Shown here one piece after another: positions 9,436 to 16,759 of a stretch of DNA of 64,000 nt. The notes under the pieces were generated by a model. It made no database searches. It was not told where the DNA came from and saw only the letters and a list, made by a program, of their open reading frames with translations. Location: NCBI GenBank assembly GCA_045106895.1, contig JBGCFM010000049.1:32495-96494 (forward strand), read 5' to 3'. The translations under genes were made by a program, and so were the position numbers. How positions within the stretch are numbered: the first letter of the stretch is position 1; each line of letters opens with the position of its first letter. This DNA comes from Polyangiales bacterium (lineage in GTDB: Bacteria; Myxococcota_A; Polyangia; Polyangiales; Houyiibacteriaceae).

Positions 9436-9785
9436 CTCCGGCATCGAAGCCATGTTGCGGCGAGGGAGTCACCAAGTCGAGCCGCGTGCTTCATGCGGGC
9501 TCGTCCTTCTTCAAAACGGCCGAGAAGAAAGAGCGCACGGGCGCTTGTGCGGGTGGCGGCGGCGTCACGGGGCGCGACGTGCATCCAGGCTTCTGCGGCG
9601 ACGAGGGCGCGGGGGCCGTCTCCACGAGCGCAGGCGACTTCCGCGGCATGGCGTGCGGACCAGACGTCATGAGGGTCGAGGGCTGTGAGGCCGTCGAGGA
9701 GCACTTGGGCGGTGTCGAGGCGACCCCCGCGCACGGAGGTGAGTGCTAGCGCGCGGAGTTCGTCGTGCTCGTGCCGGTCGATCAC
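9432..9785 (-). CDS. Small TPR protein (T3SS chaperone / SctY-like)
   Basis: 117 aa, helical TPR pattern GRLDTAQVLLDGLTALDPHD...ARALFLLGRFEEGR; 4-bp overlaps with both neighbours. Confidence 0.6.
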   Translation of the reverse strand: MIDRHEHDELRALALTSVRGGRLDTAQVLLDGLTALDPHDVWSARHAAEVACARGDGPRALVAAEAWMHVAPRDAAATRTSARALFLLGRFEEGRARMKHAARLGDSLAATWLRCRR

Positions 9786-10093
9786 GCCGGCGCTCCGGTG
9801 GCGCGATGCGAGTTGACCTCGGCGCGGAGTCGCCGGAGCTGGTCGGCGCAGGAGACCATGGCGGAGACGCGGGCTTCGCTCGTCGCGTTGAGGGGAAGCG
9901 GCTGAACCGTCACTCTCGCGCGAGGTGTCGCTACTGGCGCCGGGAGCGGCGGCGAGAGCGCTTGGTGGACAGCTCGCTCCGGAGCCAGCTGCCCAGGAGA
10001 TTCGCGGCGCGGCGATTCAGCCGAGCGCGCGATGGAAGTCGCGATGCGCGCAGGGGCTAGCGCGCGCGATGGCCGAGATGATGGAAGCCTCAT
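9782..10093 (-). CDS. Hypothetical protein (103 aa, Pro/Arg-rich N-terminus, helical C-terminus)
   Basis: ATGA overlap with the sctU/flhB stop and GTGA overlap with the TPR gene; fills the gap exactly. Confidence 0.55.
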   Translation of the reverse strand: MRLPSSRPSRALAPARIATSIARSAESPRRESPGQLAPERAVHQALSPPLPAPVATPRARVTVQPLPLNATSEARVSAMVSCADQLRRLRAEVNSHRATGAPA

Positions 10094-11133
10094 TGTGACT
10101 CCGCCGATTCGGCCCACGCGGCGCGCAGGACCGCAGCCACGGCTTCATAGAGGGCTTCGGGGACTTCGTCGCCGCGGCCAAGTTCGTACAAGGAACGGGC
10201 CAAGGGGACGTCGCGCATAATGGGGACTCCGGACTGGCGCGCCGCCTCGATCATGCGCGCCGCGACGTGTTCTTCGCCCTTGGCGATGACGAGGGGGGCC
10301 TCCGACGCTTCTTCGTCGTAGCGAAGAGCGACGGCGAGGTGCGTCGGGTTCACCACGAGCACATCCGCTTTGCGAACGCTTTCGACGGCGTTGTGCTCGA
10401 GGATCTCGCGTCGCATACGTTCGCGCTCGGCGCGGGTTGTGGGGTCGCCTTCGGCGTCTTTGTACTCACGCTTGACCTCGTCCTTGCTCATCTTCTGGTC
10501 GCGTTTGTGTTGCCAGCGCTGAAAGAAGAGGTCGAGGATGCCCAGCGCCAGCATTCCACCGCCAACGCGGAAGAGCAGCCGACCGCCGAGGGACGAGGTG
10601 ACAGGCAAGAGGAATGCCGGCGAGCGTCCGCTGAGGTCGGCGACGGCGCGGGTTCCGTCGACGAGCACATCCCAGGTGAGATAGCCAATGAAGAGCATCT
10701 TCAGGAGAGTCTTGAGCAACTCGACGAGCTGCTTGCGCGTGAAGAGGTTTCCGATGCCTTTGATGACGTTGAGTTTTTCGAACTTCGGTTCGACGGCCTT
10801 GAACGACAGGAGAGGGCCGACCTGGAGGAAAGAAGCGAGCGCCGCCGCCGCCGTCGCCCCAAGGACGATGGGCATCGCCGCGCTGACGCCCTGTGATGCG
10901 CCAAACTCGAGGACCGTCGCTGGGGCCGTGGAAGGAGCAGCCGCAAGGCGAAGGCATGTGCTCATCATGTTCTTGAGCGTCGCAACGAGACCCTCGCCTG
11001 ACGCGCTCAGAGCGCCACCACAGACCAAAAGGATCGCCGCCGTCGTCAGGTCCCGGCTCTTGGGGACCTGGCCTTTCTCTCTGGCCTCGCGAAGCCGCTT
11101 GGGAGAGGCATCTTCGGTTTTCTCGGAGCTCAA
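10090..11133 (-). CDS. Type III export apparatus switch protein, EscU/YscU/FlhB family
   Basis: N-terminal EKTEDASPKRLREAREKGQVPKS, 4 TM segments, KMSKDEVKREYKDAEGDP, autocleavage motif NPTH, AKG, V.LARSLY. Confidence 0.93.
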   Translation of the reverse strand: MSSEKTEDASPKRLREAREKGQVPKSRDLTTAAILLVCGGALSASGEGLVATLKNMMSTCLRLAAAPSTAPATVLEFGASQGVSAAMPIVLGATAAAALASFLQVGPLLSFKAVEPKFEKLNVIKGIGNLFTRKQLVELLKTLLKMLFIGYLTWDVLVDGTRAVADLSGRSPAFLLPVTSSLGGRLLFRVGGGMLALGILDLFFQRWQHKRDQKMSKDEVKREYKDAEGDPTTRAERERMRREILEHNAVESVRKADVLVVNPTHLAVALRYDEEASEAPLVIAKGEEHVAARMIEAARQSGVPIMRDVPLARSLYELGRGDEVPEALYEAVAAVLRAAWAESAESQ

Positions 11134-11205
11134 GCATGGGAGCTTATCAGCTCAACGTGACGCTCGTTTCGTACCTTTTTCAATGGGGCGCGAAATGCGC
11201 AGAAC

Positions 11206-12297
11206 TCAAGTGTTTTGAGGTTTCTTCGCGACGCCGGCTTTCCGGCGCGGGATGAGCGTTCCGTCGGCGCGAAACCGGCCGCGGACTCGGGCTGGATCTC
11301 GTGAAAATACGGAGAAGGGCGCGGCACCAAGGGCGTCAAAACGAAGGGCGCCGGCGTAGGCGATCATCGCAGCGTTGTCTGTGCAGGCGGCGATGGGCGG
11401 CACATGAACCTGAACGCCCGCGGGTTTGGCGAGCTCAAGGACGCGGGCTCGAAGACCACGGTTCGCCGCGACGCCGCCGCCGAGGACGAGCTGCTTCACG
11501 CCTTCGGCTTTGCACGCGCGAATCGACTTACGCGCCAGGACTTCGACGAGTGAGCGCTGAAAGGAAGCGGCGATATTGGCGGTGGCCTCGTTGTCTCGGG
11601 CCTGGTGCGCAGCGACATGGCGGGCGACGGCGGTCTTGAGCCCGCTGAAGCTGAAGTCGTGGTCTTTGCGATGAAGCATCGGCGTCGGGAAGTCGTGAGC
11701 GTCGGCGTTGCCCTGGGCGGCGAGCCGATCGATGACGGGGCCCCCTGGGTACCCAAGTCCCATGAGTTTGGCGACCTTGTCGAAGGCTTCTCCGGCCGCA
11801 TCGTCTCGCGTCTGGCCGAGCACACTTCGCGTGAGCGGATCGTCGACGCGGTAGAGCGCGGTGTGGCCGCCGCTGACGAGAAGCGCGACGAAGGGATAGG
11901 AAGGCGCAGTGGTTTCTGCTTCGTCGAACTTGAGGTTCGCCGCCAGGAGGTGTCCGTCGAGGTGATTGACCCCGACGAGAGGCAGCGAGCGCGCCATCGC
12001 GAAGGCGCGCGCGCTCTGAATCCCAACGAGGAGCGCGCCGACGAGGCCCGGACCACAGGTGACTGCGACGGCGTCGATGTGTTTGTCGGCGTCACGCAGA
12101 GCGGACTCAAGGACCGGGACGATGCTCGTGAGGTGCGCGCGGGAGGCGAGCTCTGGAACGACACCGCCGTAGGGGGCGTGTGTGGCGATCTGACTGGCCA
12201 CGACGTTCGAGTATACCCGACCTTCGGTGTCGACGACGGCCGCTGCGGTCTCGTCACACGACGACTCGATGCCCAATACCGTGGTCGGCGGAGCCAC
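11206..12297 (-). CDS. tsaD: tRNA N6-adenosine threonylcarbamoyltransferase
   Basis: LGIESSCDETAAA, GGVVPELASRAH, HLDGH, DDAAGEAFDK, CTDNAAMIA. Confidence 0.97.
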   Translation of the reverse strand: MAPPTTVLGIESSCDETAAAVVDTEGRVYSNVVASQIATHAPYGGVVPELASRAHLTSIVPVLESALRDADKHIDAVAVTCGPGLVGALLVGIQSARAFAMARSLPLVGVNHLDGHLLAANLKFDEAETTAPSYPFVALLVSGGHTALYRVDDPLTRSVLGQTRDDAAGEAFDKVAKLMGLGYPGGPVIDRLAAQGNADAHDFPTPMLHRKDHDFSFSGLKTAVARHVAAHQARDNEATANIAASFQRSLVEVLARKSIRACKAEGVKQLVLGGGVAANRGLRARVLELAKPAGVQVHVPPIAACTDNAAMIAYAGALRFDALGAAPFSVFSRDPARVRGRFRADGTLIPRRKAGVAKKPQNT

Positions 12298-12836
12298 TAG
12301 AGCGCCTCTTTTTCGACGAGGAACACTCCGAAAATATCGCAGTCTCCCCGGTTGAACGCGTCGCAGTCTGTGGGCGCGCAGGCGCGAGCCCCGCTGCCGG
12401 CGAGGAGGCGTAGTTCAATGTTCCCATCGTCTCTCAGCGAGAGAAATGCGGTGATGTCGCGATTCTGCATGGGGCCGTCGGTGGGGCGTACGGCGAAGAT
12501 GTAGTTCTGCAGCCGCGCTCCCGGAAACTCGAAGAGGCTCAGTTCATCGTGAGCCATGGGGGTCACTGGCAAGAGCGGGTCGCCCGTGAAGAACCGACCA
12601 CAGGCGCTCTCGCTGCTCGTGATGGAGCCGGGGCGCGTTGCGCTGTCGGCGGGGTCGAAGTCGAGCTCAAGCTGAAGGCCTGCTGGGAAGCCTCGGCGAA
12701 CGATCGAACACGGCTCGCTCTCGCAGAGCGGGTCCGCGGCCCCGAGAACCGCGCCACGGTAGATTTCGTCGTCTGCCGTGGCGAACTCACCCAGCCCAGA
12801 GCAGGCGAGGAGCAAGAGGAGAGGCAGGCAGCGCAT
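12297..12836 (-). CDS. Hypothetical lipoprotein
   Basis: Lipobox-like LLLLAC at N-terminus; abuts tsaD start. Confidence 0.65.
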   Translation of the reverse strand: MRCLPLLLLLACSGLGEFATADDEIYRGAVLGAADPLCESEPCSIVRRGFPAGLQLELDFDPADSATRPGSITSSESACGRFFTGDPLLPVTPMAHDELSLFEFPGARLQNYIFAVRPTDGPMQNRDITAFLSLRDDGNIELRLLAGSGARACAPTDCDAFNRGDCDIFGVFLVEKEAL

Positions 12837-12892
12837 CTACGAAGCGTATAGCTCCGCTTCGTAGAGTCAAACGCGGCCAGCTTCGAAGGAGC

Positions 12893-14743
12893 TCAGCGCC
12901 GTCGTCGGCGGAAGAGGGCCAAGCCCATAAGGCTGAGGAGCGACCACGCGCCGGCGGCGCTGCCGGGGCCAGCTGAACACCCACCACCGTCTTCATCGAA
13001 TGGCACGGTGGTCGGCATCTCTTCGGTGCCCGTGCTTCCGGGACGCACACACACCGCGGACTCGCCGACACGCTGGCACTGGAAGCCCGCGGAACACGCG
13101 ATCTCTGCGTCGCAGAAACGCGAGCACACCGAACCGTTGCTCGTGTTGTTGATGCAAAGACCCGAGATGCACTCTTCGTTCACTTCGCAGGAATCGCCGA
13201 CAAGGCCGTTGGCAGGGGTGCAGATGTTCTGCTCACCCGCGGAAGTGCAGCTGAAGCCAAGGGGACAGTCTTCGATGCCATCACAGAATGTTGTGCACCA
13301 AGAGCGGTCTCCTTGGCTCGCGCAGAAGCCGTCTGCGCAGTCTTCGTTTTCGATGCACCCGCCGCCGACACCTTCAGCGACACCAGGAATGCACTGACCG
13401 GAGCGGCAGTGGAAGCCTTCATCGCAGTCGCCTGGCATCGCGCAGGCATCGGAGCAGAAGCGAACGCCATCGTCGTTCATGCAGGTGCCGCTCAGGCAGT
13501 CTGCGTCTGCGGTACAAGGTTCACCGGGGTCGCGTGGTGGCGCCACAAAGCGGGCCTCGACGCATGCGCCGCAGGAGTTGTCGTTGGCGAAACAAACCTC
13601 TCCGGCGAAGCAGCCGTTCGCGCCATCCATGCAGGGGCTCTGACATCGCTGCGTTGCTTCGCCGACGGCGGCGCAGAGTCCGCTCGCGCACTGTCCAGAC
13701 GCAGAGCATTCGGCGCCGAGGGCTAGCTCTTCGTCCGTGCGGGGGGCGCAGACGCCGTCACAGCCGCCGGCGTTCTGACAAAAGAACCCAGGAGGGCAAC
13801 CGAAGTCGGTGCGAAGAGGGTCACAGGTCTGTGTGCAGACGACACCCACTTCGGTTTCGCCGCACAGACCGGAAGAGCACTCGGAGCTATCAGCGCAGGC
13901 GGTTCCGAAGGCGGTGCAGCCTTCGTCCACGGTGCCATCGCAGTTGTCGTCGGCGCCGTTGCAGATCTCTTCGCTCGGAAGGCAGCCACCCGTTGATTCG
14001 ATGGCGGCCTCGATGAACTCCTGGAACTGCGCGATGCCGTTGTAGACGCCGGGAGCGCCACAACGTGGACCATTTGTTCGAGGGTCGATGTCGTCGCGCG
14101 TGCGAGCGTAGATGTAGCTGGCGACGCCGTAGATCGAGCCATCGGCGCCGATGATGGGCCCGCCGCTATCTCCGGAACACACAGAGCCTTCCACGTAGAT
14201 GAGTCCCGAGTCGGTGCCTTCCACCGACTTCTCCGTGCGCATCTTCGTTCCGCTGCTGCCAGCAGGCGTCTGCCCGTAGCCGATGGCGGTGAAGGTCGTC
14301 AGTCCTCGGGCGCTCCCGAACTCGACGGCGCGCGGGGTTTCCGCAGCGGGCGCGGGCAAGATGAGCAGCGCCACGTCCGATGCGTCACGGGAGTTGATGT
14401 TCCAGGAGCCTGGCGCTGGAAGCACTTCGCTCACGAGGTACTGCGCGCGTGGACGTCGGGAGTCCCCGCCCACAAAGAGCCTGAAGTTCGAGGCGTCCGC
14501 TGCCTGAGCGGCGTTCCCAAGCTGTACGCAGTGCTTCGCCGTGAGAACAACACGGGGCGAGATGAGCGTCGCCGTACACGCCGAACCGACAGACGCGTTG
14601 TAGAGGAACATGACCTCCGGATAGCCCTCCTCGCGAACGCCATCGACGATCTCCGATTCGAGGGAGCTGAACTGTGGACCATCCGCGGCACACGAGAGGG
14701 TCAGGGCACCGAGGACTGCGACGGCAAGGCGAAGGGAACGCAT
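12893..14743 (-). CDS. Trypsin-like (S1) serine protease lipoprotein with Cys-rich repeats and MYXO-CTERM-type anchor (paralog 2)
   Basis: LTLSC lipobox; IVDG; triad LTAKHC / DVAL / GDSGGP; EEICNGADDNCDGTVDEGC motif; C-terminal GGGCSAG..hydrophobic..RRRRR; start at TGATG overlap. Confidence 0.88.
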   Translation of the reverse strand: MRSLRLAVAVLGALTLSCAADGPQFSSLESEIVDGVREEGYPEVMFLYNASVGSACTATLISPRVVLTAKHCVQLGNAAQAADASNFRLFVGGDSRRPRAQYLVSEVLPAPGSWNINSRDASDVALLILPAPAAETPRAVEFGSARGLTTFTAIGYGQTPAGSSGTKMRTEKSVEGTDSGLIYVEGSVCSGDSGGPIIGADGSIYGVASYIYARTRDDIDPRTNGPRCGAPGVYNGIAQFQEFIEAAIESTGGCLPSEEICNGADDNCDGTVDEGCTAFGTACADSSECSSGLCGETEVGVVCTQTCDPLRTDFGCPPGFFCQNAGGCDGVCAPRTDEELALGAECSASGQCASGLCAAVGEATQRCQSPCMDGANGCFAGEVCFANDNSCGACVEARFVAPPRDPGEPCTADADCLSGTCMNDDGVRFCSDACAMPGDCDEGFHCRSGQCIPGVAEGVGGGCIENEDCADGFCASQGDRSWCTTFCDGIEDCPLGFSCTSAGEQNICTPANGLVGDSCEVNEECISGLCINNTSNGSVCSRFCDAEIACSAGFQCQRVGESAVCVRPGSTGTEEMPTTVPFDEDGGGCSAGPGSAAGAWSLLSLMGLALFRRRRR

Positions 14744-16602
14744 CAGGATCTCCATCGACGACGAGCACCGAGCCCGCCGACTACAAACATAAGAAGAAGG
14801 GCCATTGGTGAGTGGCCGTTATGAGTTAGCGCACACCCTCCGGCCGACTCGAACGGAACCGTTGTGGGCGAGGAAATGTCTGGGCTTGGGCTGACACACC
14901 AACCCTCGGCGCTGGTGCCGCGGCGCTGGCAGACCAGGCCCGTTTCACAAGGCGCGTCGGACGAACACATGCGTGAGCAGACGAGGGCATCTGCGGGGCC
15001 AAGTGGCTCGCAGACGCCGGAGACGCAGTCCGACGGGAAAGCACACTCGGAACCGGTGGTCCCGAGATCTGGAGAGCAGATGCTCTGTTCGCCGACGGCG
15101 ATGCAGGAGAAGTTGTCAGGGCACTCGGTCGGCGCTTCGCAGAACTGAGTACACCAGCTCACGTCGCCCTGCGTCGCGCAGAAGAGGCCTGTGGCGCAAT
15201 CTCCGTTCTCCGAGCAATTTCCGCCGACGTTTCCGCGGGATCCACGAATGCAGATATTCGCGTCATTGCGGCAGTGGAACGCGTCGGGACAGTCAGCGTC
15301 GGTGGCACAGGTTGCGGTGCAGTAGGAGTCGTCAAGGTCGCTTCGGCACATGTCGGATGCGCAGCCCATGTCGTCGTCGCACGCCTCGCCTAGGCCGGCG
15401 GGCTCGGCGAAGGTATTCTCGTCCGCGCACACGCCGCAGCCCCCGGCAGGGGCCGCACAATCTTCGCCGTCAAAGCACATGCCGTCGCCGCCGCGGCAAG
15501 ACGAGAGACAGCGCAACTCACCGAGCAAAGAAGCGCAGAAGAGCGACTCGCAGTCCGTGTCTGCAGTGCAGGTCTCTCCATCGGTGCCGCTGCCGGCGGC
15601 TCCTGGAACACAGCGTCCCTCGCACCCTTCTGTCTGTGCGCAGTAGAGGCCCGTGCCGCAGCCAAGGTAGGGGCGAAGTGGGTCGCAGTCCGTCGTGCAG
15701 ATGCTCCCCGCCGCGGTCTCCTCGCAGCGTGTGCTGGAACACTCGTCGTCGCTCGAACAAGCCTCGCCAAGTTCGAGGCAGCCTTCGTCCACGTCACCGT
15801 CGCAGTTGTCGTCGATGCCGTTGCACAACTCTTCGCCGGTGTTGACACAAGCGCCGCTCTCCATGAGGACTCGGTCGATGTCTTCGAGGAAGATGTCCAC
15901 GCGGTTGTAGCCGTTGAACCCACCGCTTCCGCAGACGCCGCTGCCGAATGAAGTGACAGCGACCACCTGGTCGTCTTCGGTGATCAAGGGGCCGCCGGAG
16001 TCACCCTGACAGGTGGCCGGAGGCGTGGAGAGGATGGTGGCGTCGATGGAGTTGATCTGGGTCGTGACGCGGTACTTCACGCCGCTGCTCCCGTCGCGAA
16101 TCTGTCCGAATCCCACGGCGCGGACGGGCTGAGCGAGGAAGTCGCGTGGGTGACCTCGATAAACGGTGAGCGGCGTGACGCTGGCCGCGCGCTGAAGGGT
16201 GATGAGCGCGACATCAACACCCGGCAGCCCGGTGAGTCGACCATCGTCGAAGTAAGGCCCCGGCGTCGTCCAGATCGAAGAAACTCGGTACGTCTCTGTG
16301 AGGCCGTTGATGCTGTCGCCGACGCCAATGACGAAGAGGTTCGTGCCGAAGGGCGCCGAGGCACCGTCCCCTTGAACACAGTGCTTCGCCGTCAGGACCA
16401 CGCGCGGCGCGACGAGGCTGCCGCTGCACAGGCCACCGGCGCGGTTGTAGACGAGGACGACCGCCTGCTCGTTGTTGCGTGTTCGTTCGCCGTCGACGAT
16501 GGCGGATTCGCTGCTCGCGACCTGTGGACCCTCCCCACAGCCCAGGAGTCCTAGGACGAGGACGGAGAGGAGCGCATGTGGGAGAACGTAGGAAGGCCGC
16601 AT
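14743..16602 (-). CDS. Trypsin-like (S1) serine protease lipoprotein with Cys-rich repeats and MYXO-CTERM-type anchor (paralog 1)
   Basis: LLGC lipobox; IVDG; LTAKHC / DVAL / GDSGGP; EELCNGIDDNCDGDVDEGC; C-terminal GGCAL..hydrophobic..RRRWRS. Confidence 0.88.
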   Translation of the reverse strand: MRPSYVLPHALLSVLVLGLLGCGEGPQVASSESAIVDGERTRNNEQAVVLVYNRAGGLCSGSLVAPRVVLTAKHCVQGDGASAPFGTNLFVIGVGDSINGLTETYRVSSIWTTPGPYFDDGRLTGLPGVDVALITLQRAASVTPLTVYRGHPRDFLAQPVRAVGFGQIRDGSSGVKYRVTTQINSIDATILSTPPATCQGDSGGPLITEDDQVVAVTSFGSGVCGSGGFNGYNRVDIFLEDIDRVLMESGACVNTGEELCNGIDDNCDGDVDEGCLELGEACSSDDECSSTRCEETAAGSICTTDCDPLRPYLGCGTGLYCAQTEGCEGRCVPGAAGSGTDGETCTADTDCESLFCASLLGELRCLSSCRGGDGMCFDGEDCAAPAGGCGVCADENTFAEPAGLGEACDDDMGCASDMCRSDLDDSYCTATCATDADCPDAFHCRNDANICIRGSRGNVGGNCSENGDCATGLFCATQGDVSWCTQFCEAPTECPDNFSCIAVGEQSICSPDLGTTGSECAFPSDCVSGVCEPLGPADALVCSRMCSSDAPCETGLVCQRRGTSAEGWCVSPSPDISSPTTVPFESAGGCALTHNGHSPMALLLMFVVGGLGARRRWRS

Positions 16603-16759
16603 TGCGACGGCAGCCTAGCAGCGCTTTCCAGTGTACGCGAGGTGCACAGTGGTTCAAAAAAGCCCTGCAGAAAGGCATTTTTGCGTTCAATTTTTCGAAT
16701 GGTGTGTTGCACCACGCGATATCAGTCGCTTTGTCCCCTGCGGCGTCAGCTCTGGCGAG

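Noticed and set aside
16660..16745. AT-rich spacer sharing short words (CAAAAATGC, TGCACCAC, GTCCCCTGCG) with the 80-bp element
   Set aside because: Words are in a different order and on mixed strands with no collinear alignment; cannot be called a third copy, though worth including in a motif search
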